This document shows positions 38,617 through 52,423 of a stretch of 64,000 nucleotides of DNA, piece by piece. Both the position numbers and the translations under genes were made by a program. This DNA comes from Malacoraja senta (taxonomy: Eukaryota). The stretch's first letter is position 1. Every line of letters begins with the position of its first letter. The stretch covers positions 8,434,001-8,498,000 of the forward strand of contig CM075994.1 in assembly GCA_038087875.1 (NCBI GenBank). Direction: 5' to 3'. The notes under the pieces are model-generated. The model saw nothing but the letters and a program-made list of their open reading frames with translations. It searched no databases and was not told where the DNA came from.

Positions 38617-39050
38617 GTAGGTCCCGTGCCATGTTTTGGGAACCGCCTCCATCCAAGCCGACTAGACAATAGACAATAGGTGCAGGAGTAGGCCATTCGG
38701 CTCTTCGACCCAGCACCGCCATTCAATGTGATCGTGGCTGATCATCCCCAATCAGTACCCCGTTCCTGCCTTCTCCCCATATCCCCTGACTCCGCTATCG
38801 GTAAGAGCCCTATCTAGCTCTCTCTTGAAAGCATCCAGAGAACCCGCCTCCACCGCCCTCTGAGGCAGAGAATTCCACAGACTCGCAACTCTCTGTGAGA
38901 AAAAGTGTTTCCTCGTCGCCGTTCTAAATGGCTTACTCCTTATTCTTAAATTGTGGCCCCTGGTTCTGGACTCCCCCAACATCGGGAGCATGTTTCCTGC
39001 CTCTAGTGTGCCAAACCCTTAACAATCTTATATGTTTCAATAGAAACATA

Positions 39051-39143
39051 TAAATGACAGAGATAGACACAAGGTAGACAGAGATAGAAATGACAGAGAT
39101 AGACACAAGGTAGACAGAGATAGAAATGACAGAGATAGACACA
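39051..39143. repeat. Short tandem repeat, ~36-bp unit x 2.5
   Basis: AAATGACAGAGATAGACACAAGGTAGACAGAGATAG repeated. Confidence 0.85.
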
Positions 39144-40891
39144 AAAAGCTGGAGTAACTCAGCGGGTCAGGCAGCATTTCTGGAGAGAAGGAATTGGTCT
39201 TAAGAAGGGTCTTGACCTGAAACGTCACCCATTCCTTCTCTCCGGAGATGCTGCCTGTCCCGCTGAGTTAATCCAGCTTTTTGTGTCTATCGTTGGTTTA
39301 AACTGGCATCTGCAGATCCTTCCTATATATCACAGAGTTGTGGATGCAGCCCAGACCCTGATTTGTTCGGGCGTCAGGGGTTATGGGGAGAAGACAGGAC
39401 AATGGGGTCAGGAGGGAGATATAGATCAGCGATGACTGAATGGCGGAGTAGATACGATGGGCCGAATGGCCTAATTCTGCTCGTATCACTTGAGAACCAT
39501 CACACAAACCAACCTCCCTTCAATTGACTCGACCTACACCTCACGCTGCCTCGGTAAGGCTAGCAGCATAATCAAGGACCAGTCGCAGCCGGGCCACTCC
39601 CTCTTCTCCCCTTTCCCATCAGGCAAGAGGTACAGAAGTGTGAAAACGCACACCTCCAGAATCAGGGACAGTTTCTTCCCGGCTGTTATCAGGCAACTGA
39701 ACCATCCTACCACAACCAGAGAGCAGTCCTGAACTACTATCTACCTCATTGGTGACACTCGGAATATCTTTGATCGGACATTACTGGCTTTACCCTGCAC
39801 TAAAAGTTATTCCCCTTATCCTGTATCTGCACACTGTGGACGGCTTGTTTACATGGTCTCTCTGTGACCCCGTGGGTTTCTTCCCACATCTCAAAGACGT
39901 GCTGGTTTGTAGGTTAATCGGACCTCTGTAAAATCGCCCCCTAGTGGATGAGCAAGTTGGATAACGTGGAACTTGTGTGAACGGGCGATCGCTGGTCGGC
40001 ATGGACCCGGTGGGCTGAAAGGCCTGTTTCCATGCTGTATCTCTAAACTATACTAAATATTCTCAGACTGACCCCCCCCCCCCCGCCACCCCCTCTCTCC
40101 CCAGTGACCCACCTGGACTCGCACCTATTTCTCCCCTCTCCGTCCCCTTCCACAGACTCCTTCCTCCAGCTTCACAATTCGCAACTCATCGATCCCTTTG
40201 TCTCGCTCCTTCTGTCTTTACATCTTTGGCCTTTGTTGAACCGTCCGCCTATATCAACCGCTCCCCTCACCTGTATCTATATTACCTGCCAGAATTTGTG
40301 TCGCTCCCACCTCTCTTCCAGCTTTCCCCACCCCACAATCACTCAAGAAGGGTCCCGACCCAAATTGTAACCTATCCATTTTATTCTCCCGAGATGCTGC
40401 CTGACCCACTGAGTTACTCCAGCACTTTGTGTCCTGTTGTGCATTAACTAGCATCTACGCTAACTAGCACCCGAACCACGCCCACTCCGGGTACTTTCCC
40501 TTGCAACTGCAAGAAAAGCTACACTTGTTGCTTTACCTCCCCCCTTGACTACATCCAAGGACCCAAGCAGTCTTTCCAGGTGCGGCAGAGGTTCACCTGC
40601 ACCTCCTCCAACCTCATCTATTGCATCCGCTGCTCTATATGTCAGTTGCTCGACAACGGTGAGACCAAGCGTAAGCTTGGCGATAACTTCGCCCAACACC
40701 TCCGCTCGGTCCGCAAAAACCAACCTGATCTCCCGGTGGCTCAGCACTTCAACTCCCCCTCCATTCCGAATCCGACCTTTCTCTCCTGGGCCTCCTCCAT
40801 GGCCAGAGTGAGGACCACCGTAAATTGGAGGAGCAGCACCTCATATTGCCCTTGGGCAATTTGCACCCCAGCGTTATGAACATTGACTTCT

Positions 40892-43800
40892 TTTGTGATA
40901 TAATTTTTTATTAGAAGCAAACATATTATAATGTAGAGTAACATATTATAATAGGAGAAGAAAAAACTTTTCATATACATCAATCACTCATACATTATTA
41001 AATTTGTCAATTGTCAGTTAATTCTGCTTCTAGTGTTTTTTTTAATATAGATAGAAAAAGAAAAATAGAGAGAAAGAAGAATTACAATATCAAAAAAGAA
41101 AAAGAGGTGGAATGAATTACTTATAATACGTCATAGGAGATAAGTTCGTAGGTTATGAAATATAATTACATCTAATCCTGAGTTCAAGCTTCAGTTGGGC
41201 TTTTGCGCTGGGCCACTCTATCCCTTCAAATAGGCAATGAATGGAGCCCACATTTTAACAAAAAGTTCTTGCTTGTCCATTAAGACAAGTCTAATTCTTT
41301 CTAGATGTAGGGTCTCCGACATTTCCACAATCCACATTTTAATTGTGGGGGTTGTAGGGCCTTTCCAGAATGTTAATATTAATTATTTCCCAGTTATTAT
41401 GCTGTAGTCAAGGAAGTTTCTTTGGCTTGTTGTGAGTGTTAAACTTTGTTCTGATATCCCAAGTATTATTAATTTTGAGTCTGGAGCCAAATTGGTATTA
41501 ACAACTTCAGAAATTATTTGAAAAATATCAGTCCAGTAATTTTTAATTTTTATACAATTTGCAAATGTATGTGTTAAATTGGCCTCTAGATGCAGGCATT
41601 TATCACATATAGGAGAGATATGTGGGAAAATTCTATTTAGTTTTATTTTGGAGTAATGTAATCTGTGCAAGACTTTAAATTGTATTAAAGCATGTCTGGC
41701 ATTTAACGAACATTGATGTATATGTTGTAAACTTTCGTCCCAAATATCTTTCGTAATAGGATAACCTAACTCATTTTCCCATTTATGTCTATATAGTTCC
41801 ATCGGTGGTACCTCGTTATTTAGGAGAATGTTATAAATATAAGCTATTAATTTTACAGTGTTAGGATGCTTATTCAAACATTCATCAAGAATTTCTGGTT
41901 CCCTAGTCCTATAAACTTGTGTATTGGATTTAACATAGTCTCTAATTTGTAAATACCTGAAAAAGTTATTTGAGTGTAGTCCATGATTCTGTTGTAACAC
42001 TTGAAATGACAGAAAGATGCCTTCCGTATAAAGATGTCCAATCCTTTTAATTCCATAATTTTTCCATTGTATAAAACCTCTATCCAATATGGATGGCTTG
42101 AATAGAGGATTATTTACAATGGGAAGACATAGTGGTATATTATTCAGTTTTAAAGCCTTTTTTAATTGTTTCCAAATTCGTCTTCCACTATGTATTATAG
42201 GGTTTCCTTATAGTTTTTTTAATGCAATTTTGTGGTAGCAAATATAATCGAACCTATTTCAAAAGGTAAACAGTCTTCCTTTTCCATCCTTAACCATTCT
42301 GGTTGTTGGTCCATTTCTTCCAGCCAGAAATTCATGTTTTTAATATGGACTGCCCAAAAATAAAATACGAAATTTGGCAAGGCCAAACCTCCGTTGCTCT
42401 TTGACTTACATAAATGTTTTTTACTTATTCTATGATTCTTATAATCCCAAATAAAGCTTGTAACAATCGAGTCGACTTTTTTGAAAACGTTTTTTGGAAT
42501 ATATATCGGAATTAATTGAAATAAATATAGTAGTTGCGGTAAGAAAATCATTTTTATAGCATTAATTCTACCAAGCATTGAAATAGGAAGTGTTTTCCAG
42601 TACTGAATATGTTTGTGTAATTTATTGAGTAAGGATGGAAAATGTTGTTTAAATAAAGAGGTATATGTCTTAGTTACATAGATTCCTAAATATTTAAGTT
42701 TATCTTTAACTATTTTAAAAGGGGATTGTTGTATTGTATTTAAGTTGAATTTTGTTATTGGCATGATTTCACTTTTATTCCAATTAATTCTATATCCTGA
42801 GAACTGACCAAATTGTGTTATTATATTTAATAGGTTTGGAATACTAGTTTCTAACTTTGTAATATATATTAATACATCATCTGCATATAAGGACATTTTA
42901 TTCCTTGTATCTCTAGTGTTGTATCCATGTATTCCTGGATGGTTTCTAACGCTTTCTGCTAATGGTTCAATTGCAAGAGCAAATAATAGTGGGGATAGTG
43001 AACATTTTGCTTCGGAGTCACGTGAGTGACTACGTGAAGAACTCCGCCAGTGCGCCTGCGCGTCATTACGTCAGACGCCTTGACGCAAACGGACGTGAGG
43101 AGCAGAGCTCCTCGAGTGGATTTGTAGTTTTTCAACTACAAGGTAAGTAAAAAAAAATTCAGGTTTTCCAGGTCCGTTTACTGTGGGTCTATGGGGATTT
43201 TTTCCACAGACGCCATGGAAAAAACGGACAGGGGGAAGAGGCGAGCGACACAGCCGACAGAAGTCGGGAAAGTCGGGAGTCCGCGGTTAGAGACCAACCG
43301 CCTCTAAACCCCGGTACAGTCGCCAGCGGTGAGCATAGCGACTGTGGACCTGGGGCTGGTGAAAACACTGTCAGCGCCTGTCGGGCAAAAGACACAGTTT
43401 AAATCCCAACGGCCCACGGAGGGAGTCCCAGGCAATGTAAGTAGCTCCAGGGCTAGAAACTGCTTTCGAGCATATTGCCCAAATAGAAAGCCTTTTACAT
43501 AGGCTGTTGGAGCAAAGTTCACTCAGGGAGGAGTGTACTGAAAGCAAGCTGCTGGAAACAGCTCAAACAGCTCCTGGTACAGGGCTAGATACTGCTTTCG
43601 AGCATGTTACCCAAATAGAAAGCCTTTTACATAGGCTGTTGGAGCAAAGTTCACTCAGGAAGGAGTGTACTGTAATCCAAGCTGCAGGAGCAGCTTAACA
43701 GCACCTGGCTCAGGGCTGATGGAATGCACCCTCAGGAATGAGGAGCGTGCTACGGGTCATGAGATTTCAGACCCCGACTCTGACGGTGAGGCTGTAGAAG

Positions 43801-46800
43801 GCGATGAACGGCAGCTGCCAGATGTTCCACTCCTGGCAGTAGGATTCGCTGCCCCGTCAGGGTCAGGAGAGCCATTAGGAGAAGAACTGGCCTCCTTTAT
43901 AAATTACTTGGTTTACCATTAGCTGGAACAGCAGGAAATGGATGAGACTGCAAGAAGTAACTGTGGGCAGCAGTGAATCAAATTATCTGGAATCAGTTGC
44001 AGAGAATATTAAAGCTGCTGGGTTCTGGAATAACTGCTTTTGCCAGAATAGCAGAAAAAAGCCAAGAGATGACGGAGTTGCATCAGGAAACACTGGGGTT
44101 GCTATGCAGCACCCACTTCGAGACAATTGTCTGAGGAAAAGTGTGATACGGCCTACTATGAATCCAAAATTCGCAGCACTCTGCAAACCAAGTAATATAC
44201 AATTACCCAACTTACTCTTTGGAGAGGATCTCGGGAGACATATTAAAGAGTTGGAAGATGAAGCGAAAACAGGATTGATGAAGACATCAATGGTGTGAAG
44301 TCTGTAAAGAGGAAGTATCCTTTCAGACGTCATACGGATCCTGGACCAAGTCGCTCATCAACGCAGGGACGTAGTTGGCGGCCTGCAGCGGGAGTAAGAA
44401 CCAGTGGGCGTGCTTCCGGGAGAACCCAGGAATCTCAGGGTACTCAAATGACTCAAGAGGTAGGTGGACCTGGTTCTCATGGGAACATACTAACTGGATT
44501 AAGTCCAAAAGTTGGAGGCAAGTTACGTTTCTTTTATAATAATTGGAAGAAAATTACTTCAGAATGTGGTAATCCTGAATCATATACAAGGATTTTGAAT
44601 TGAATTCAATCCAAATTATGATTTGCCTGTTCAGCATGTTCCTAGCCGAACTCTGCACTTTGTACAAAAAGAAGTGATGGAGGTTCAGGTTGCACTTGAA
44701 ACCCTATATAAAAAAGGGGTTATTGAAAAAATCAGTCTACCAAAGTCACCAATTTGTGTGAAATATATTCCCTCGATCAAAAAAGGATGGAGGATGTAGG
44801 ATTATTCTAGATTTGACAAATCTGAATCCTTTTGTGCAATTTAGACATTTTAAAATGGAAACATTTGTGACTGCCAAACAGCTTATTTCAGAAGCATGTT
44901 ATATGGCAACTATAGACTTGAAAGATGCATATTATTCAGTGTCTGTTCATTCAGAGATAGGATATCTTAAATTTAAATGGATGAACCAGTTGTGGCAGTT
45001 CAAAGCTCTGCCTAATGGGTTAACATCTGCACCCAGAATATTCACAAAATTGTTAAAACCAATTCTGGGTTTGCTGAGAAGCCAGGGGCATGTACTCATG
45101 GCATATTTGGATGATGTCTTGATTATAGGAAAGACAAAACAGTCAACAGAAGCATCTGTTGCAGTTGTGAAATCAACTTTTGAAAATTTGGGGTTTCTAA
45201 TTCATCCAAAGAAATCTAGGTTAACACCATGTACCTCTATTAATTATTTGGGGTTTACAATTGATTCAGTCCAAATGAATATTACTTTGCCCAGGGAAAA
45301 AGGGTGGATTTGATTGAAGATTGTAGTAATCTCCTAAACGAGCAAAAACCCTCAATTAGACAGGTGGCTCGTGTACTGGGGAAATTAGTAGCAGCATTCC
45401 CAGCAGTTCAATTTGGACCATTACATTATCAACAGCTGCAGAGAATTAAAGAACAGGCGCTGAGAAAGCATGTTGGTCATTTTTGATAGAACCATGCAAC
45501 TAACAACAAATGCAGTTTCTGATCTGCAGTGGTGGATTCTACATGTCTCAAGCAGTTCCAGCAAAGGGCTGATTGAACAATCTTCCATGATATTAGAAAC
45601 TGATGCCAGTGCACTAGGATGGGGTGCAACTGACTTAACATCTAGCTGCGGAGGCAGATGGAATCAGGAAGAGTCATTGTTACTGCAGACATGGGGAATT
45701 AACTATTTGGAGCTTCTAGGATGTTTCTATGGGCTCCAGGCTTACTGTTCTAACACAACTAATAAACATGTTCAAGTTCAAATTGATAACACAACAGCAG
45801 TTGCCTATATTAATCATATGGGTGGAATATAGTAACCAGATTTGGAATGACCGACATCGACTTGAATCATCAGCTATCGAGATATGTCTCATGGAAACCA
45901 GATCCAGGAGCAGTGGCGATTGATGCTTTCTCGCTACATTGGGGTGGTATGTTTTCATATATATTTCCACCTTTCTGCCTCATAAGCCAATGTTTGCTTA
46001 AAATCAGGCAAGATGCTGCTTCAAGGGTGTTGGTAGTACCAGATTGGCCTATACAGCCATGGTATCTGTTGATATTAGAATTAACAACACAAATGTTCAT
46101 GAAAGTCCCAAAAAGGAGTAATTTATTGTTGTACTCTGTAACAGGGTAACAACATCCATTATACCATCGTTTGGATTTGTTGATTTGCAGGTTTTAAGAA
46201 TGCCTTTTCTGGGACGAGGACTGTCTGAGCATACTGTGGACATGCTTACGGCAGCCGGGAGGAAGAGCACTCAAAAACAGTACCTTTCTTATATTAAGAA
46301 ATGGGAAGAGTTCTGTGTACAAAAGAATGTGCAATAAAGTACTGCAGATATTTCAAATGTTTAGAATTTCTGCCAAAACTTTATTATGATGAAGGTCTGA
46401 GTTGTAATGCAATTAATTCAGCCAGAAGTGCATTGTCCTCATATTTGGTTCTGGATTCAGAAAGAAACTCAATTGGGTCACACCCAATTGTTTCCAGACT
46501 AATGAAAGGAATCTTTAATTCCAAACCACCGAAACCTAGGTACGTGACAATCTGGGATGTAAGTGTGGTACTGAAACTACTTCGTGAATGGTCATCAAGT
46601 GTGTCTTTACCTTTGGTCAAGCTCAGTATGAAAGTATTCATGCTTATGGCATGAGTGACAGCACAACGAGTGCAAACACTTGGAAAATTACAAAAAGACA
46701 GTATGGAAGTAACTGAAAACAAGGTTACATTCTATATCTATGACCTACTAAAGTAAATTAGGCCAGGTATGACAGGATTTAAAATTATGCTAGCAGCATA

Positions 46801-49384
46801 TCCAAATGATCCATGTCTCTGTATTAAGACATATTTATTAAAATACATTGAGGTCACAAAGAATTTGAGAATACGGAAACTGGGTTGTTGATCACACACA
46901 AGAAACCACACAAGAGAGTTTCAATACAGACTATTTCCAGATGGATAAAAGAAGTCTTAACAGCTGCTGGTATTAACACTTATGTTTTTACGTCTCACTC
47001 GCCTAGGGCAGCAGAAACGTCGGCGGCCAGGGCAAAAGACGGCCCCGTCGACCATATCCTCGCAGCCGCCGGCTGGTCCAATGAGTTGATGTTTCAACAT
47101 TTTTACCATCGGCCTATTGTTAATGCGGGGTTGTTTGCAGAAACTATTTTAAGTTCTGTGTAAATTCCTCTGGTTTAAAGGGGATCTGATTCATTTCATT
47201 ATTGAAATGAATTACTGCATTTGTGGTACAAATGTTATTATGAATGCATGATTGATTATTCTCGTTCCGAGTCAATCTATGCAGTGAGAAGCCGGGATTG
47301 ATCCACGGCATGAAATCACAAAGCTTTAAAATCTTCACGTAGTCACTCACGTGACTCCGAAGTAAAATAGTAAGATTAAACGAGAACTTACTTAAGTTTG
47401 AAGTTTGATCTTTATTTTATGAGGAGTTACGTAGGTGATTACGTGCCCACCACGACCCTACCCTCTATCATAAAGGTCAGATGGAAGTTCTTGTATTACT
47501 CGTTTTATTATGAGACTATATTACTTCGGTTGTTGTTTTTTGTGATTTCACACCGCTGCTTTGAAGATTGACGCGCAGGCGCACTGGTGGGGTTCTTCAC
47601 GTAATCACCCACGTAACTCCTCATAAAATAAAGATCAAACTTCAAACTTAGGTAAGTTCTCGTTTAATCCTACTATCCTTGTCTACAACCTCTAGAAAGA
47701 TTAAATTTGGCTGATAACATTTGATTTGTTAATATTCTAGCTGTTGGATTAGAGTATAACAATTTAACCCATGTAGAGTACTTCTCTCCCAATTGAAATT
47801 TTTTCATTACCGAAAATAAATATGTCCATTCTACCTGGTCAAATGCCTTTTCAGCATCTAACGAAATAATTGCTAGATCTGCATTTGGAATTCTATTTGT
47901 ATATATAATATTGAATATTCTTCTCAAATTATAAAATGAGTAACGTTTTGGAATAAAACCTGTTTGGTCCGGGTGTATTAATTTGTTAATCACTAAGCTC
48001 AATCTATGAGATAGGATTTTGGTTAATATTTTCTGATCAGTATTTAAGAGAGCTATTGCTCTATATGAACCTGGGTCTTCAGGGTCCTTATCCGGTTTCG
48101 GTATAAGTATGATTGTAGATTCATTTAGAGTTTCTGGAACTTTCTGTTGAGTATAAGCTTGTTTGTAAAGTCTCTATTGACGTGGAGAAATCAGATCGTA
48201 ATTTTTTTTATAAAATTCAGAGCTTAGACCATCAGGACCGGCGGCCTTCCCATTTTTTAAAGATCTAATTGACTCCTCGATGTCTTTTACCGTAAATTCT
48301 ACATCTAGTGATTCTCTCTCTTTCTGATCTAGACCTGTAAGATTACATTTCTGTAGAAATGTTTCCATTCCTACTGGTTGTTCTGTCGTTTTAGATGAAT
48401 ACAATTTTTGATAATATTGTAAAAATCTATCATTAATATCTTTAGGTAGTGTTAATGTTTCTCCCTTATCTGATCTAATTTTGTAAATTGTTTTTTCCCC
48501 GTCCTGTTTACGAAGTTGACGCGCCAATAGTTTTTGTGATTTATCTCCAAATTCAAAATTTAATTGTTTTGTACGTTGATATAGTTTTATTACTTGGTCT
48601 GAGTATATCTTGTTTAACTTATATTTCAGTACTGCAATTTTATTGTGTTTTACCATAGATCGTGCTATTGCATTTTCTATGTCTAATTGCCTTAATTCCG
48701 TTTCCAAAGACTGTTGTTTGGCCCTATTCTCTTTGTTAATAAATGATTGGGAGGAGATTAATGCTCCTCGCACAAATGCTTTAAATGTTTCCCAAAGAAG
48801 GGAGGCGGAGATTCCAGGGCTGTCATTAGCCTCGAAAAACATATTAATCTGTTTTACGAGGTATTCATTACATGGCTTTTCTTTCAAGATTTGGAGGTTA
48901 AGTCTCCATTGTGTCTTTGTCTCGGTCATTCCGTTTAGTTTAATCATAAATGTTAGTGGAGCATGGTCCGATATTATAATATTATGATATTGCGAATTAT
49001 AGGTAAATGGGATAAGTTTAGAGTCTACTAAGAAATAGTCTATCCTTGAGTAAGTTTTATGCACGGGTGAGTAGAATGAGTATTCTCGACCAGATGGGTT
49101 TTCAATTCTCCAAACATCCTTAATGTTGGTAGTATTAATATATGAATTTAGAAATTCACTTGACTGAGATTTTAATTTTCTTTGACTTGATGATCTATCC
49201 AAGTAAGCATCCAGTGTACAATTTAAGTCTCCACCGATAATTAAGTTATGTTGTGTACATTCCGGGATAATGTTAAGTATTCTCTTAAAGAAGAGGGGGC
49301 TATCAAAATTTGATCCATACACATTAAGGAGAGTCACTTAATGTGTATGAGTATAACTCCCCTACTAATAAAATATATCTGCTT
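40892..49384 (-). mobile_element. L1-clade LINE (5'-truncated ORF2: APE endonuclease, RT, C-terminal Cys motif), split by a DIRS element
   Basis: NVY, GDLN, SRIDY, SDH; LDAEKAFD, RGCRQG|CSLSP, YADD; CDKC...H...C; 15-bp TSD TGAACATTGACTTCT at 40877-40891 and 49385-49399; AT-rich. Confidence 0.92.
43005..47675 (+). mobile_element. DIRS1-type tyrosine-recombinase retrotransposon, structurally complete, ORFs decayed
   Basis: 5' TTTT start; inverted terminal repeats; internal complementary region 47332-47445; RT (DLKDAY, YLDD), RNase H (TDAS, DNTT), methyltransferase-like (DAF..W...Y.FPP) and recombinase (HSPR, GW, Y) remnants. Confidence 0.93.
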
Positions 49385-51054
49385 TGAACATTGACTTCTA
49401 CACCGAACAAGTTAGGTCTTTATTCTTTGGAGCGCAGAAGGTTAAGAGGGGACTTGATAGAGGTCTTTAAAATTATGAGCGGGTTAGACAGTTGACGTGG
49501 ATAAGCTTTTTCCATTGAGAGTAGGGAAGATTCAAACAAGGGGACATGACTTGAGAATTAAGGGACAGAAGTTTAGGGGTAACATTAGGGGGAACCTCTT
49601 TACTCAGAGAGTGGTAGCTGTGTGGAATGAGCTTCCAGTGGAAGTGGTGGAGGCTGGTTCGATTTTATCCTTTAAAAATAGATTGGATGGGTATATGGAC
49701 GGGAAAGGAATGGAGGGTTATGGTCTGAATGCAGGTAGATGGGACTAGGGGGAAGTATTTATTTTAATTTTTAAAAAAAATTCTAAATGGTTATATGGTT
49801 ATATGGTTACAGTAGGCATCTGCAGTCCCTACTTTATCCTCCTCTTCCCAGCTCTCCCTCAGCCCACTATCTCCACCTCTTCCTATCTTCCTCCCGCCCC
49901 CACCCTCACATCAGTCTGAAGAAGGGTTTCGACCTGAAACGTTGCCTATTTCCTTTCTTCCATAGATGCTGCCTCACCCACTGAGTTTCTCCAGCATTAT
50001 TTGTCTACCTTCGATTTTCCAGCATCTGCAGGTTCTTTCTTAAACAACAGACGTTTCTTTCTATTACTTTACTTTAGCTTTGTTTAGTTTAGTTTACGGA
50101 TACAGCGTGGAAACAGGCCTTCCCGCCCACCGAGTCCGAGCCGACCAGCCATCCCCGCACACTAACACTATCCTACACACACTTGGGACAATTTTGCATT
50201 TATACCAAGCCAATTAACTTACAAACCTGAGATAGACACAAAATGCTGGAGTAAGACAATAGACAATAGGTGCAGGAGTAGGCCATTCGGCCCTTCGAGC
50301 CAGCACCGCAAAACCAAAGCAAGACACCAAGTGATGGAGTAATTCAGCAGGACAGGCAGCATCTCTGGAGAGAAGGAATTGGTGACGTTTCGGGTCGAGA
50401 CTGATGTCAGGTTAGAGGGAGATACATAGATAAGGAAGTGTAAGATGTGAAAATAAGTGTATTTAATCTCTGTTTGCTTTGTCGTTGGCGCCTCCCCGCT
50501 AACTGATCTATTCTACATTTTCCTTGATCTCCATTCCCTCTGCCCTATTTTCACGCCTGACACTTCCTTATCTATGTATCTCACTCTCCCCTCACTCTCA
50601 GTTTGAAGAAGGGACTCAACCTGAAACATCGCCCAGAAATTCTCTCCAGATATGCTGCTTGTCCCGCTGAGTTACTCCAGCACTTCTTGTCTTCTTTTGT
50701 AAACCGGCTTTTGCAGTTCCTTGTGTCTACATTCTCAGGTTGGCTTGGTTGTGTGCTGCAGAGTTGTGGCAATCACATCATTGAATTGGAATGGGTCAAT
50801 TAATCGGTCAATGGCAGTTTAATTTGAATACTGAATGAATGAATAATACATTATAATCACAAGTGACAAGTCACAGCGAGATTCTTTGCTTTGCATTCCA
50901 TACACAAGGTATGCAATGAGTCACCACCTAAAGGGCGCCACAAAGTAACAAAGCATTCCATTTAGTCCCCAATGCTGGTTTATACCTAAGATAGACACAA
51001 AATGCTGGAGTAACTTAGCAGGGTAACCAGCATCTCTGGAGAGAAGATATAGGT

Positions 51055-51082
51055 GACGTTTCAGGTCGAGACCCTTCATCAG
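51055..51082 (-). ncRNA. Putative minimal hammerhead ribozyme, antisense to C4
   Basis: Reverse complement reads CTGATGA-A-GGGT(CTCG)ACCT-GAAA-C-GTC. Confidence 0.55.
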
Positions 51083-52264
51083 ACTGAGAGTCAGGGGAGA
51101 GGGAATCGAGAGATATAGATGGTGATGGAGAGAGATATTAAACAAATGAATGAAAGATATGCAAAAAAGTAACGATGAAACAGGCGATTGTTAGCTGATT
51201 GCTAGGTGAGAACGAGAAGCTGGTGCAACTTGGGTGGGGGAAGGGATGGAGAGAGGGAAAGCAAGGGTTACTTGAAGTTAGAGAAGTCAATGTTCATACC
51301 GCTGGGGTGTAAGCTGCCCAAGCGAAATATGAGGTGCTGCTCCTCCAATTAGCGCTGGGCCTTACTCTGACAGTGGAGGAGGCCCAGGACAGAAAGGTCA
51401 GTGTGGGAATGGAAGGGGAAGTTAAAGAGTTTGACAACTGGGAGCTCAGGTAGATCTACCTTTGTTGTCCTTTGTTCTCTCTCTCTGGGCTTTCCCCACT
51501 CCCGGTCCTCCCACATGGAATTGGAATGGATTAATGGGTCATTTGGAATACTGTGAGCAAATTTGAGCCCCATATCTGAGGAAGGATGTGATGGCTCTGG
51601 AGAGCGTCCAGAGGAGGTTTATGACAACGATCCCAGAAATGAGTGAGTTGAATGAATGAATAAGTTTATTGGCCAAGTATTCACATACAAGGAATTTGCA
51701 TTGGTACTCCGCCCACAAGTGACAACATGACATGATCCCAGGAAATGAGTGGGTTAGCATATGATGCGCGTTAGACAGCACTGGGCCTGTACTAGCTGGA
51801 GTTTAGAAGGTTGAGGGGGGGGGGTACCTCATTGAAACTCACAGAATAATCAAAGGCCTGGATAGAGTGGATGTGGAGAGAATGTGTCTACTGTTGGGAG
51901 AGTCTAGGACTAGAGGTCCTCATCCTGAGAATTAAAGTGCGCTCTTTTAGAAAGGAGGTGAGGAGGAACTTCTTTAGTCAGAGGGCAGCTAATCTGTGGG
52001 ATTCATTGCCACAGAGGGTTGTGGAGGCCAAGTCAGTGGATATTGTTAGGGCAGAGAAAATAAATTCTTGATTGGAACGGGTGTCAGGGGTTATAGGGAG
52101 AAGGCGGGAGAATGGGGTTATGAGGCAGAGAGCCATGATTGAATAGGGGAGTGAACTCGATGGGCCGAATGGCCTAATTCTACTCCTATAACTTGTGAAG
52201 TTGTGATTTCAATGGTGGCCCCATTGTAAAATAGTCTCTCCCTCTCTCTCCTTTGGTCGGCAAG

Positions 52265-52423
52265 GATACTGTGGTGGCCCTGGAAGCTCTGTCGGTGTAC
52301 AGCATAGCAACCTACTCCCCACAGGAGATCGCTATGCAGTTCAAGTTCACCAGCCCTGGGCGAATTTGGAGCAAGACCATCAAGATAGAGAGAAGCAACG
52401 CACTAATCCAGGAACAGCTGAAG
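52265..52423 (+). CDS. C4: C4 exon (~E30): DTVVALEALSVYSIATYSPQEIAMQFKFTSPGRIWSKTIKIERSNALIQEQLK
   Basis: caag| acceptor, AAG|gtggga donor; DTVVALEAL continues the STQ|DT motif. Confidence 0.94.

Noticed and set aside
44813..47163. RT plus methyltransferase-like plus tyrosine recombinase as a novel or prokaryotic (retron/phage-like) system
   Set aside because: This domain order with ITRs and an internal complementary region is the known DIRS1 retrotransposon layout.
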